The notes: generated by a model not told the origin, from the sequence alone. DNA of 64,000 nucleotides from Berkelbacteria bacterium GW2011_GWE1_39_12 (GCA_001029735.1 CP011213.1:396613-460612); one strand, 5' to 3'. Positions 47,836 to 57,888 are shown, numbered from the stretch's first letter. Numbers and translations are program-made.

Positions 47836-48909
47836 CTACAGCTTTAAGTTCGAATCGGCATTGATATTTTCGAATGTCGTATATTTTGACTTGTCCATAT
47901 AAGCGGCGGCAAGGCCGACCATGGCGGCATTGTCGGTACTCAAAACAATCGGGGGGACATGAAAACTGACTTTTTCGTCATCGTGAGGCCAAAGGCCGTG
48001 GCGATCTATTGACGGATTGAGAGATTGCTTCGCCGAAGCTCGCAATGACATTACGGCTTTTTGCATCTGTTCCCTTAACTCTTTGTTAGCGGAAACTCCG
48101 CCACAGAGGCAAATCGATTTTGGTTGGTATTCATATGCTGCCCTAATAGTTTTGTTAATCAAAATATCAACTACAGTTTGTTGAAAAGAAGCGGCGATAT
48201 CTTTTTTATTTTTCTCAGAAAGCTCACCCATTTTTTTAGTTTCATTTAATACGGCAGTTTTGAGCCCTGAAAAACTAAAGTTATAATCTTTTCGGTCGGT
48301 CATCGCTCGAGGAAAATTAAAGGCTTTCGGATCGCCTTCTTCGGCCGCTTTTGATATAGCCGGTCCGCCCGGGTAGCCTAACCCTAATAAATTTGATATT
48401 TTATCGAACGCCTCGCCCGCGGCATCATCTAAAGTTTCGCCAAGAGGTTTGATCTTATCGTAATCCTCCATTAAGACTAGACCGGTATGTCCGCCAGAAA
48501 CGATTAAAAAGAGAGCGGGGAATTGGGGGTGTGGCTCTTCTGCCCAGTTTGAGTAAATATGTCCGAGCCAGTGGTTAATGCCAATAATAGGTTTATTTCT
48601 GGCAAAGGCGTAAGTTTTGGCAAAGTTAACACCAACAAGAAGGGATCCAATCAGACCGGGGCCAACTGTGACAGCAACTAAATCCGGATCAATGCCATTT
48701 AGTGCCTCCTCCACGACAGGTATAATCTTTTCGGCATGAGCTCTTGAAGCTTTCTCTGGAAAAACACCACCAAATTCCTTATGAATGTCGATTTGTGAAG
48801 CAATTACATTCGATAAAATACGGATACCGTTTTCTCCGCCCGCTGGCGGATTTTCAATGACCGATGCGGCTGTTTCATCGCAGCTGGATTCTATGGCTAA
48901 AATATACAT
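47836..48909 (-). CDS. tsaD: tRNA N6-adenosine threonylcarbamoyltransferase TsaD (with in-frame element-derived insertion)
   Basis: N-terminus MYILAIESSCDETAASV and HxxGH motif GHIYSNW. 357 aa. Confidence 0.9.
   Translation of the reverse strand: MYILAIESSCDETAASVIENPPAGGENGIRILSNVIASQIDIHKEFGGVFPEKASRAHAEKIIPVVEEALNGIDPDLVAVTVGPGLIGSLLVGVNFAKTYAFARNKPIIGINHWLGHIYSNWAEEPHPQFPALFLIVSGGHTGLVLMEDYDKIKPLGETLDDAAGEAFDKISNLLGLGYPGGPAISKAAEEGDPKAFNFPRAMTDRKDYNFSFSGLKTAVLNETKKMGELSEKNKKDIAASFQQTVVDILINKTIRAAYEYQPKSICLCGGVSANKELREQMQKAVMSLRASAKQSLNPSIDRHGLWPHDDEKVSFHVPPIVLSTDNAAMVGLAAAYMDKSKYTTFENINADSNLKL
48020..48049 (+). repeat. palindromic element family A, half copy, inside tsaD in frame
   Basis: gagattgcttcgccgaagctcgcaatgac. 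It encodes MSLRASAKQSLN in an inserted loop near the TsaD C-terminus. Confidence 0.65.
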
Positions 48910-49012
48910 ATTTATTCCTAGGTATGGGATTGACTTTTCTTCTTAAATTCATTAATATTAAACCATAATTTCTGCCGGTTGAACAGGGCAGAAGGATAAG
49001 GGGGGAGACTAG

Positions 49013-49915
49013 ATGAAGCCATTAAGGATTGGCACGCTGGCAACGGCTGGAGATTACGGAGCACAGGAGGTTATTAAGGCAGCAATTTTGGCATCTCGTT
49101 ACTGCTCGCCCAGTAATGACTTCGATCTGGTGGTTTATGCCAAGAAGGGCAGCTCAGAAGGTTTTTCCATGGATGACATGGGTCGGATCGCATATTACGA
49201 AACCGGTAATACTGACACCTCGGAAATAAGGGCGGCTTTCGAAGCTCTGAGACGAGGCGACATTAATGCGATCGTTACTCCAAAGAATAGCCATGACTTA
49301 ATGGCCATGGCTAAGAACTACATGAACCCGGATATTGAACGGCCGGGATTGATTGGCGGCTTTCCGACAATGGGTGGGATTCGTTATGTTACAGATATTG
49401 GCGCCACATCTCGTGTAGATGATCCAAAAGTCTTTGCCGGCTTGGCTGAACTTGGCCGTGACTATTTGATCAGACATTGTGGTATAGCCTCACCGAGAAT
49501 CGGTCTGCATAATATCTCGACTGAGCATGCCTATCCGACGCTTCAGCGAGCCTACGAATTACTCGATGGTTTTCCTGGTTTTGTCGGCTACGCCGAGCCT
49601 GCTAAATTTTGGGCAGGTGAAATAGACCTTCTGCTCATAGACGGATTTGGCGGAAACTCTAAGCTTAAGGATTTCGAGAGAATCGGCCTGATGACAGTAT
49701 CGATGTGTGCAGATGCTTTGTCAAAGGCCGGTTACTTTGATGCTGCTAAAGCATTGCCCGGTATCATGAAGGCCAGACTAAGCTATGATTCTTATCTCAT
49801 CAGCCTTCTTTTAGGTCCGGGTTGGGTCTTTCGTACACACGGCAACTGCAAAGCCGAACAATTGGCAAAGGCATTTGCCATGGCCGTCAAGCATCCTATC
49901 CAAGAACCGTACTAA
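49013..49915 (+). CDS. plsX: PlsX-like phosphate acyltransferase family protein
   Basis: A 300-aa protein. IGLHNISTEH...DLLLIDGFGGNSKLK matches the PlsX/phosphotransacylase core (LLN.G.E..KG / DGFTGN). Confidence 0.5.
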   Translation: MKPLRIGTLATAGDYGAQEVIKAAILASRYCSPSNDFDLVVYAKKGSSEGFSMDDMGRIAYYETGNTDTSEIRAAFEALRRGDINAIVTPKNSHDLMAMAKNYMNPDIERPGLIGGFPTMGGIRYVTDIGATSRVDDPKVFAGLAELGRDYLIRHCGIASPRIGLHNISTEHAYPTLQRAYELLDGFPGFVGYAEPAKFWAGEIDLLLIDGFGGNSKLKDFERIGLMTVSMCADALSKAGYFDAAKALPGIMKARLSYDSYLISLLLGPGWVFRTHGNCKAEQLAKAFAMAVKHPIQEPY

Positions 49916-49986
49916 AATGCATTTTATCGCGCGTCTATTTAGGCGCGTTTTTCATTAGGAGAAAATTATAGTAAAATGTAGTTACG

Positions 49987-50922
49987 ATGAAATCCTTATT
50001 ACAAACTAAAGCATGGGCTGATTTTCGTGTTACTCAGGGTTGGCAGGCCGACAATGTCGATGGTGTTTTTGTGCTGTCGCGCGACTTGTTTTTAGGTAAA
50101 ACATTTCTATACTCACCTGAAGTGAATTTTTCTGAAATTAAAAATATTGAAAATTTTGTAGAAAATATTAAAAAAATTGCCAATCCGCCAGCTGGCGGAA
50201 AAAACTCCATATTTTTTAGGTTGGAAATCTTAGAAGAAAAAGATATAAAAATTATTGAAAAATTAAAGGAAAATGGCTTTATTAAAGCTTTTGAAGAAGT
50301 TCAACCAGAATGCCGGCAGGTAATTGATATTTCCGGAACCGAGGAAGAAATCTTTTCCGCAATGAAAGAAAAGGGTCGCTATAACACGCGTATTGCTCAA
50401 AAGAAGGGTGTTACGGTTGAATCAAGTAGTAACGTCGATGAATTTTACCGTTTGTTTAAAGAGACGGCTGATCGTGATGGTTTTTCGATTCGGCCAAAAA
50501 GTTATTTCCAAAAGTTGCTTGACAATCTCGGCGTTAACGGGTACGCTGAGCTACTGGAAGCTAGGTTTGAAGGTAAAGTAATTGCGGCTGAAATAGTTAC
50601 GTATTTTGATGAAACAGCTAGTTATCTTTATGGTGCTTCAGGTAATGAATTTCGCAATGTGATGGCTCCCTATCTCATTCACTTTGAAGCCATGAAAAAA
50701 GCCAAAGCCAAGGGCTGCAAATATTACGATTTGCTGGCAGTCGCTCCCGAAGGTGTCGAGCATTCTGTCCTGGCGGCAGACGTTCACAAATATGCTGGCA
50801 TTTCCAGATTCAAAAGACAATTCGGTGGTCGCACGGTGGAAATAACCGGCGGCTATGATTTTGTTTTTCAACCTTTTTGGTATAAATTATTTAAATTTTT
50901 AGAAAAAATTAGAAGAAAGTAA
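49987..50922 (+). CDS. FemAB-family peptidoglycan interpeptide-bridge aminoacyltransferase
   Basis: A 311-aa protein containing RYNTRIAQKKGV and YLYGASGNEFRNVMAPYLIHFEAMKKAKAKGCKYYDL, a FemABX GNAT-like fold. Confidence 0.65.
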   Translation: MKSLLQTKAWADFRVTQGWQADNVDGVFVLSRDLFLGKTFLYSPEVNFSEIKNIENFVENIKKIANPPAGGKNSIFFRLEILEEKDIKIIEKLKENGFIKAFEEVQPECRQVIDISGTEEEIFSAMKEKGRYNTRIAQKKGVTVESSSNVDEFYRLFKETADRDGFSIRPKSYFQKLLDNLGVNGYAELLEARFEGKVIAAEIVTYFDETASYLYGASGNEFRNVMAPYLIHFEAMKKAKAKGCKYYDLLAVAPEGVEHSVLAADVHKYAGISRFKRQFGGRTVEITGGYDFVFQPFWYKLFKFLEKIRRK

Positions 50923-52235
50923 TGAAAGATCAACTACGTAAAATTTTACCGCCGTCGGTCATTCTTTGGTCGCATAAACTCCGAGGTATGCTGGCCGCTG
51001 CTATTTATGGCAATCCGGCTCAAAACCTGAAAATTATTGGTGTTACTGGAACTAACGGTAAAACTACAACCTGCAACATGATTGCCAAAATTTTGGAAAA
51101 AGCCAATTACAATGTTGGATTGGCTTCAACCATTAACTATAAGATTGGCGACAAGGAATGGGATAATAAGACAAAGATGACCAATGTCTCGCCTTTTGGT
51201 TTGCAGAAATTTCTAAAAGAATGTGTTAAGGCCGGTTGCCATTGGGTTGTTTTGGAAACAAGCTCTCATGGAATTGCCCAGTATAGAAATTACGGCATTG
51301 ATTATGATGTCGCGGTCCTCACCAACGTCACTCATGACCATTTAGATTATCACAAGACGTTTGAAGAATACCGCAATGTTAAGGGTAGAATGTTTTCTTC
51401 TGGTAATTCGATAAATATTATCAACGCTGATGACATGAAAACGGCAAAATATTTTTATGATTTACCGAGTCGAAAAACCTATACTTATGGCACGGATCAG
51501 CCAGAAAACGGTCATATTACTAAACCAGAAATTTTGGGCAAAAAAATATTGCTTGAGCCTTCGAGTTCTTTGGTTAGTGTTGTGACTCCGATTGGTCAAG
51601 TCGCTTACGAACTAAAATTGCCTGGCATGTTTAATATCTATAATGCTTTGGCAGCGACGGCCGTTGCAGTGGCCTTAAATATCCACCTGAGCGTCTGTAA
51701 GCAAGCTTTAGAGTCAATCGAAAGTATCCCCGGACGCATGGAAAAAGTCGACGTTGGACAGTCTTTTACGGTCTTAGTTGATTACGCCCATACGCCGGAT
51801 GCTTTGGAAAAGATCTTTCAAACCTTGCAGATGGCCAAGCGGGCAAGAATCATTTCCGTCCTTGGTTCTTGCGGCGATAGAGACAAAACCAAGCGCCCAA
51901 TTTTAGGAGCGCTGGCAGGAAGGTTTGCTGACGTTGTTATCGTAACCAATGAAGATCCTTACACAGAAGACGCTTCCAAGATTATTGAAGAAGTCGCTTC
52001 CGGTGTGCCGCGTGGCGCCGACCCTAAAAAACCGAAAGTTTCAGGAGAAAATTTCTTTAAAATTTATGATCGCAAAAAAGCTATCGCTAAAGCAATTAAT
52101 ATGGCTTATAAAGACGATATTGTTCTAATAACTGGCAAAGGTGCCGAGGAATGTATGGTTGTTGGTAATGAAAAAATCCCTTGGTCGGATAGAAAAATCA
52201 CTAAAGAACTCTTACTCAAACGTATTAACGGCTAA
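50922..52235 (+). CDS. murE: Mur ligase, MurE-like (UDP-MurNAc-tripeptide synthetase)
   Basis: GVTGTNGKTTT P-loop and DYAHTPDALEK motif. 437 aa. Confidence 0.65.
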   Translation: MKDQLRKILPPSVILWSHKLRGMLAAAIYGNPAQNLKIIGVTGTNGKTTTCNMIAKILEKANYNVGLASTINYKIGDKEWDNKTKMTNVSPFGLQKFLKECVKAGCHWVVLETSSHGIAQYRNYGIDYDVAVLTNVTHDHLDYHKTFEEYRNVKGRMFSSGNSINIINADDMKTAKYFYDLPSRKTYTYGTDQPENGHITKPEILGKKILLEPSSSLVSVVTPIGQVAYELKLPGMFNIYNALAATAVAVALNIHLSVCKQALESIESIPGRMEKVDVGQSFTVLVDYAHTPDALEKIFQTLQMAKRARIISVLGSCGDRDKTKRPILGALAGRFADVVIVTNEDPYTEDASKIIEEVASGVPRGADPKKPKVSGENFFKIYDRKKAIAKAINMAYKDDIVLITGKGAEECMVVGNEKIPWSDRKITKELLLKRING

Positions 52236-52303
52236 GTCTATCTTAATCTGATTTATTCTGATATGATGACCTCGAAAGAGACACGAGTCTGGGGGGGTGT
52301 ATT

Positions 52304-53695
52304 TTGAAAATCGAAAAAATCGCACTAGTAGAGCCAGTTGGCGTAGACTGGTTCAATATTTACGCCCTGACCCGGATGCCGAGAGGTATTCCGCTCTTGG
52401 CGGCAATCTTGCGGCAAACTGGCTATCAGGTCGATTGTTATGTTGGATCGATCAAGAAGATCAAACTGAAAGATTTGATGCAATATGATGTCATCGGGTT
52501 TAGTGCGATCAGTTGCACAATTTACCCCACTCATGACATGATCCGTAAACTTATCGACATGGGATTTGTCGGCAAGATCATTGTTGGCGGACCACATGCT
52601 ACTGTTTTACCTGCGGAATCAATAATCACAGGAGCCGATGTAGTTGTCCGGAACGAAGGTGACAAAGCCTTACTAGAAGTGATCGCTGCTTTCGAATCAG
52701 GATCTGATCTTGGTAAAATCGCAGGTATTCACTGGTGGGACGGTGAAACGATTCGATCTACACCGAATCGGCCGTTTCTGACCGAGCAAGAATTGTCTGA
52801 ACTACCATTTCCAGCGTTGGACAGTATTGTCGGCCTGGAACGCATGAATCTTGTACCAATCACATTCAGTCGCGGCTGTCCTTATCAATGTGAATTTTGT
52901 GGCGTAGCCGGCATGTATGGCTCAAGATATCGTTGTACAACCGTCGAATGGCGTGTGGCTCAAGTCCGAAATCTCAAAGAGAATTACCCGGAGATATGGG
53001 CAACGACAGCCATTTTCTTTACCGATGATAATCTTTTCGGTACTCCTAGGAGCCGAGAAGTTACCATCGAATTCCTCAACCGGCTGGTTGCAGAGGATTT
53101 GGTCCCTCCAATGGGCTTTGTCTGTCAGATAAGAGTAGCTGATGCAACTCCTGAAATTGCGGCTCTTTTCAAAAAGGCAAATTGTTGTTTAGTTTGTATG
53201 GGCATCGAATCAGCGGACGATAAAGCCCTGAAGCTTCTCAACAAAGAACAGACGGCTGAAGATATTAGAGTCGGTCTCGCCAATCTTCACGCCGAGGGTT
53301 TGAATACCTTGGCGATGACGATCGCTGGAACGGATGAAGATACATTTTGGTCTTTCTGGCGTAGTATTCGGCAGCTGACTAAATGGGGAATTACTTATCT
53401 CCAAGTTCTGAATCTAGTCCCCTTGGTTGGCACGCCGATGACCAAACGTTTCATGGCTGAAGGCCGGAAGTGTTGTGAGAACTATGATCGTCACAATGGT
53501 ATGCACGTGACAATCAAGCCTAAGAAGATGAGCCGATTTGGCGTTTGGGCCTCGCTCTATCTTGTCTGCTTCGGCTGGTTCTATGGACGATTGTTACTGA
53601 AGCCGAGCTTCAAATACCGCAAGTTGATATGGGTTGGTGCTCTTCAGGAATTGAAGCGTCCATGGGAGATTATCAGAAATAGATTCAGGCGATAG
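52304..53695 (+). CDS. B12-binding domain radical SAM protein
   Basis: An N-terminal cobalamin-binding-like domain and radical SAM CxxxCxxC (CPYQCEFC). 463 aa. Confidence 0.7.
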   Translation: MKIEKIALVEPVGVDWFNIYALTRMPRGIPLLAAILRQTGYQVDCYVGSIKKIKLKDLMQYDVIGFSAISCTIYPTHDMIRKLIDMGFVGKIIVGGPHATVLPAESIITGADVVVRNEGDKALLEVIAAFESGSDLGKIAGIHWWDGETIRSTPNRPFLTEQELSELPFPALDSIVGLERMNLVPITFSRGCPYQCEFCGVAGMYGSRYRCTTVEWRVAQVRNLKENYPEIWATTAIFFTDDNLFGTPRSREVTIEFLNRLVAEDLVPPMGFVCQIRVADATPEIAALFKKANCCLVCMGIESADDKALKLLNKEQTAEDIRVGLANLHAEGLNTLAMTIAGTDEDTFWSFWRSIRQLTKWGITYLQVLNLVPLVGTPMTKRFMAEGRKCCENYDRHNGMHVTIKPKKMSRFGVWASLYLVCFGWFYGRLLLKPSFKYRKLIWVGALQELKRPWEIIRNRFRR

Positions 53696-53716
53696 CGTCG
53701 AGAGGGGGTTTACGAA

Positions 53717-54031
53717 ATGTCTCTACCGGAAATAACACCAGAACAACTTGCCAAGGCATATATCTTGGCACATCCTGCGAGAGTCATGATCATCCAATAT
53801 TTAAGGTCGAAAGGTGAATCCTATACGGCCAAGATTGCGGCTGAGACTGGGCTCAAAGAACATGTTGTCGCTTTTCATCTCTCTGTGCTTTTCGAGCATG
53901 AGTTTGTGACAAGAAGGTATGGCCCGTCTGAAAAGCCTATCAGAATTGTCTGCATCTTCAAGCTCGAAAGTGAAAAAGTCGTCGAGGCGTTTACGCCGTT
54001 GTATCTAATGCTGACGGCAAAACGTTCATAA
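53717..54031 (+). CDS. ArsR-like winged-helix transcriptional regulator
   Basis: A 104-aa protein with an HTH segment IIQYLRSKGESYTAKIAAETGLKEHVVAFHLSVL. Confidence 0.45.
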   Translation: MSLPEITPEQLAKAYILAHPARVMIIQYLRSKGESYTAKIAAETGLKEHVVAFHLSVLFEHEFVTRRYGPSEKPIRIVCIFKLESEKVVEAFTPLYLMLTAKRS

Positions 54032-54132
54032 CTATCAAGGTTGGTAAAACCCATATGGGTGATAAGCCAGCCTTTTTTATTTGACAAATATTTTTTTATG
54101 AACTTATAGTTGACTAGGAATGAATATCAGAA

Positions 54133-54964
54133 GGGGGAAAATATGTTTTCATATGTTGTTCAGCTGATTATCATCCTGGCAGTGTTTTTTGTGGCAACCA
54201 AGATTGATTTTGGGATCAACCACAGATCCGAAAAGGAAAAGCCGTCGGTTGGCCGTTTGGTTTACTGGATCGTCATCATCTTTTTAGTATTTACACTCCT
54301 TTTGACAATGTCGATCTATATCTTAACCCACCATGTTAGTTTCCTTCCCTCGGTTTTAATGGTAACAAACTGGTTGATCACTTATTTCCTTTTCAAGTTC
54401 GGATTAACTGTCTTAAAGCCAGGATGGCGACCGATTGTAGCGATATTATCGGCGTCACTGATTCTAGCCATGGAGTTAAGATTTCCGCATCACTGGCTGA
54501 TGATAAATCTTTCGTCGGCCATAATGTGCGCATTCTTTCTTGTTTTCTTCAAGAGAATTAGCTTCTGGCAAACTATTGTTATCGCTATTGGCTGTACCGC
54601 TTACGATGTTTGGGCAGTGTGGGGTACTCAACAAATGTTGACGCTTTCCAAATATAGCCAGGGTTTGCAAACGGCAATCTCGGTGCCAACCGGCGCAAAC
54701 TCGCTGTTTCAGCTAGGTGCCGGCGACATTATTTTTCCAGGCTTGGCTGTCATGATGGCGATAAACTTCGCCAGAAAGGTTCAGAAGCCACTTCTTGCCT
54801 ATGCTGCGCTTACAGGTTATGCAATCGGTTACTTTTTAACGGTTTTGGCCGTAATAATAACCGGCAATCCACAACCGGCAACAATCTATCTGTTCCCTTC
54901 GATTTTCGCTCTCTTCCTGCTAGCCGCAAGGAGAGAAAACGTATTGAGATCTATTTGGCCTTAA
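54133..54964 (+). CDS. signal-peptide-peptidase/presenilin-like intramembrane aspartyl protease (A22 family)
   Basis: A polytopic membrane protein with YD (CTAYDVWAVW), GxGD (LGAGDIIFPG) and a PAL-like motif (QPATIYLFP), in the order and spacing of SPP/PSH proteases. RBS gggggaaaatATG. Confidence 0.45.
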
Positions 54965-55043
54965 CGAGATAGCCTGCGAAAGCAGGCTTTTTTAAACATA
55001 TAAAAACCCCAGGAATTTATCCCTGGGGTTTTATTAGAAAGAG

Positions 55044-55472
55044 TTAGCCGAGTACTCTGACTAGGCTAACAAGAAGTCGAACAGATGGATCGTACTCCAT
55101 TTGTTCGGGAGGGCAATCAGAATTGAAAAACTTCGACTCCAGATATGCAATGACCGCCTCCTTCTCGTCTGGAGAAATCTGCTTGCGCATCAAGAAGTAG
55201 TCGTTGATGATGCGTCGTTCGAGTTTTGACGTCCAGAAGATCGAGAAGATACTGAGGATTCCACCTGTCCCAACGATTGTGAATGCAACCGCTGCACTTA
55301 CTAGATGAGCGATTGTTAAGGATTGGGCGACTACAAGTGAAACCATAAGCGTGCCGACGGTTATATTTGGGAACAGGCTTGATACTGTCTGCTGGTGTTT
55401 CCGGTAAACCTTCTCGGCATCTGGTGAAATCGTCTTAATATCTTTTAGTAGAGCTTCCTGATTAACTTTCAT
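55044..55472 (-). CDS. hypothetical small membrane protein (tandem paralog-like pair, gene 2)
   Basis: A 142-aa protein with two TM helices. It is preceded by a conserved leader shared with the 55563 gene. Confidence 0.35.
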   Translation of the reverse strand: MKVNQEALLKDIKTISPDAEKVYRKHQQTVSSLFPNITVGTLMVSLVVAQSLTIAHLVSAAVAFTIVGTGGILSIFSIFWTSKLERRIINDYFLMRKQISPDEKEAVIAYLESKFFNSDCPPEQMEYDPSVRLLVSLVRVLG

Positions 55473-55562
55473 TTCTGTCTCCTTAAGAATTTATTTTCAC
55501 CGCTTGAAACTCTTTAAAAGGAGTCTCGAGGGTAAGCCCCAGGAGCAAATCCTGGGGCGAAA
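55473..55562 (-). promoter_or_regulatory. conserved structured leader (hairpin + AAGCGGTGAAA motif), copy 2
   Basis: Minus strand: CCCCAGGATTTGCTCCTGGGGCTTACCCTCGAGACTCCTTTTAAAGAGTTTCAAGCGGTGAAAATAAATTCTTAAGGAGAC. Confidence 0.4.
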
Positions 55563-55853
55563 TTAAGGTATGCAGATAATATCGTCAGGAATTAACCTGT
55601 CGAGAAAGCTTGCATATCCTTTTGCCAGCCAGTCACCTTCTTTGCCAAGTTTCAGGCTAGCAAGATGAAAGATAGTTGTTCCGATCAATATAATCGAAGC
55701 AATGGCCCATACTGCCGAATGATGTTCTAGAAACATAGCGACGGTGAAAACCGTCACAAAGCTTCCCACCCATTCAGGGCAGATCAGCCATACAATCGGG
55801 AAATACAGTACTACCTTTACTATTCTTTTCAATGTTATTAAGAAGGATCTCAT
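55563..55853 (-). CDS. hypothetical small membrane protein (gene 1 of pair)
   Basis: A 96-aa protein with 2-3 TM helices. Confidence 0.35.
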   Translation of the reverse strand: MRSFLITLKRIVKVVLYFPIVWLICPEWVGSFVTVFTVAMFLEHHSAVWAIASIILIGTTIFHLASLKLGKEGDWLAKGYASFLDRLIPDDIICIP

Positions 55854-55990
55854 CTGTTATCTCCACAGTGTATTTCACCGCTTCAAATCCTTTGAAAGGG
55901 ATCTGAAGGGTGAACCCCTGAACCTGTTATCAGGTAAGGGGCTAACCTGGCATCCACCAGGTTCGGACAACTTATTAAGGTTCAAACCTG
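55854..55990 (-). promoter_or_regulatory. conserved structured leader, copy 1, containing GAACCTTAATAAG and CTGATAACAGGTTCAGG motifs
   Basis: Minus strand: ...GGTTTGAACCTTAATAAGTTGTCCGAACCTGGTGGATGCCAGGTTAGCCCCTTACCTGATAACAGGTTCAGGGGTTCACCCTTCAGATCCCTTTCAAAGGATTTGAAGCGGTGAAATACAC... Confidence 0.4.
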
Positions 55991-56153
55991 TAAATCCTTA
56001 TCTTGACTACCTATTGTAACACAATATTAGCCATTTGTCAAGTATTAGTGACGATAATTGATCATTATATAATTCTTTATATTTATCATATTGACAAGGT
56101 AAATTAGGCATTGTATACTGTATATAGTCGTAGATTAGTGACGAAAGGACTGT

Positions 56154-56882
56154 ATGGACATCAATTCAACCTTAAAAGACCTCGGTTTAGACGAAAAAGA
56201 GATCAATATTTACCTAGCTACCTTGGAACTGGGCGAATCCACGGTTTTGCCGATTGCCAAAAAAGCCGGTTTAAAACGAACCTATTGTTACGATATCTTA
56301 TCCTCTCTTCAGCAAAAGGGCCTGGTTTACTATCAGGAGAAAAACAATCGCCGCCGCTATATTGCCGAAGATCCGAAAAAATTAGAAGAAATTGCTAAAA
56401 ATCGTTTAAGAAATTTAGCCAGTATTTTACCTGAATTAAAATCTCTCTATAATCGCTCTGCTTCCAAGCCAAAAGTCCGTTTTTACGAAGGTAAAAGTGG
56501 TTTAATTGAGGTCTATGAAATGTTTGCTAAGGCTAAATCATTTGATGCGATCGCCTCGCCAAACCATATAACCGAAAATTTAGGCGATTATTTTAAGAGC
56601 TTTGCCGACAGAGTAATTATGAAGAAACTGAAAATCAGAGAACTCGTAACTGGCGATGGCCAAGATATCGAGTACGTCAAAAAATACAAAAAACCTTTTC
56701 AAGAAGCGAGAATATTACCACAAGGAGTCGTTCTCGACACAGATATTGTGATTTTTGAAGATAATTTAGCTTTAATTTCTTATGAAAAAGACGTGCATGC
56801 CGTTTTATTGCAAAACTCCTCAATCGTAAAAACCCATAAGGTTTTATTTGAACTTTTATGGAGTAATGCAAGAAAGCTCTAA
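56154..56882 (+). CDS. TrmB-like winged-helix transcriptional regulator (paralog 4)
   Basis: N-terminal motif LKDLGLDEKEINIYLATLELGESTVLPIAKKAGLKRTYCYDILSSLQQKGLV, with promoter TTGACAAGG...TATACT upstream. Confidence 0.55.
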   Translation: MDINSTLKDLGLDEKEINIYLATLELGESTVLPIAKKAGLKRTYCYDILSSLQQKGLVYYQEKNNRRRYIAEDPKKLEEIAKNRLRNLASILPELKSLYNRSASKPKVRFYEGKSGLIEVYEMFAKAKSFDAIASPNHITENLGDYFKSFADRVIMKKLKIRELVTGDGQDIEYVKKYKKPFQEARILPQGVVLDTDIVIFEDNLALISYEKDVHAVLLQNSSIVKTHKVLFELLWSNARKL

Positions 56883-56921
56883 CCCTTTATCTATTTAATA
56901 AACCTGGTAGAATATGAATAT

Positions 56922-57830
56922 ATGATCAAGAACAGATTTGTTTTAATTGATGCTTTTGCCCTAATTTTCAGAGCATATTATGCTTTACCGCCTTCAATGA
57001 CTTCAGATGGACACCCGGTTCAGGCGGCTTACGGGTTCACTTCCGCTCTTCTTTCCGCTATCAGAACCTTGGAGCCGGAATATTTGGCTGTCGGCATGGA
57101 CTTACCTAAACCAACCAAGCGTCACGCTGATTTTGTCGAATACAAAGCCCACCGAGCGGCGGCTCCTGAGGATCTTTCGGCTCAAATACCATATGTGAGG
57201 GACGTTTTAAAAACTATGAATGTTCCCTGTTTTGCTGTAGAAGGCTACGAGGGTGAAGATGTTTTAGCGACAATTGTTGCCAAAACCAAGCCTCAACTTC
57301 CTGATGAAAAGTTCGAATTTATATATGTGACAGGCGATATGGATCTGTTGCAATTGATTGACGAACAATCCAAAGTTTATTCGATGGCCAGGGGAGTTAC
57401 GCTCGCGCAAATGTACGATATCGCGAAGGTAAAAGAACGATATGGTTTGAAACCTTCGCAATTTGTTGATTTCAAAGCTTTAAAAGGCGACGCTTCAGAC
57501 AATATTCCAGGAGTGCCGGGAATAGGCGAGAAAACGGCATCAAAACTTATTATAGAAAATGGAAGTTTAGATAAAATTTATGAAAATATTGAACTAATTA
57601 GTGGAAAAGTTCATACCTTATTAAAAGAGAACAAGGAACAGGCATATTTAAGTCAAAAATTAAGCAAAATTGTTGACGATGCCCCACTCGAGTTCAAACT
57701 TTCTGATGCTAAGATTCATCATTACGATCAGAAAAACACTATTGCTCTATTTAACAGGTTGGGTTTCAAATCCTTAATTGCCAGGTTGCCAAAGGAAGAA
57801 AAGCCTGAACCTCAACCGAAATTATTTTGA
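56922..57830 (+). CDS. 5'-3' exonuclease (Pol I N-terminal nuclease domain / FEN-like)
   Basis: N-terminus FVLIDAFALIFRAYYALPP, with the GDASDNIPGVPGIGEKTA helix-hairpin-helix motif. 302 aa. Confidence 0.8.
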   Translation: MIKNRFVLIDAFALIFRAYYALPPSMTSDGHPVQAAYGFTSALLSAIRTLEPEYLAVGMDLPKPTKRHADFVEYKAHRAAAPEDLSAQIPYVRDVLKTMNVPCFAVEGYEGEDVLATIVAKTKPQLPDEKFEFIYVTGDMDLLQLIDEQSKVYSMARGVTLAQMYDIAKVKERYGLKPSQFVDFKALKGDASDNIPGVPGIGEKTASKLIIENGSLDKIYENIELISGKVHTLLKENKEQAYLSQKLSKIVDDAPLEFKLSDAKIHHYDQKNTIALFNRLGFKSLIARLPKEEKPEPQPKLF

Positions 57831-57888
57831 TTTAAAAACCCACGATTTCTCGTGGGTGCACTGATCTCCTCCTTGATACGTTTCTTTC

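Noticed and set aside
52304-54031. B12-radical SAM + ArsR-like regulator as a RiPP-type biosynthetic cluster
   Set aside because: There is no precursor-peptide-like small ORF, peptidase/transporter pair or other maturation enzymes adjacent, so the evidence is insufficient. The radical SAM gene is annotated as a stand-alone enzyme of unknown substrate.
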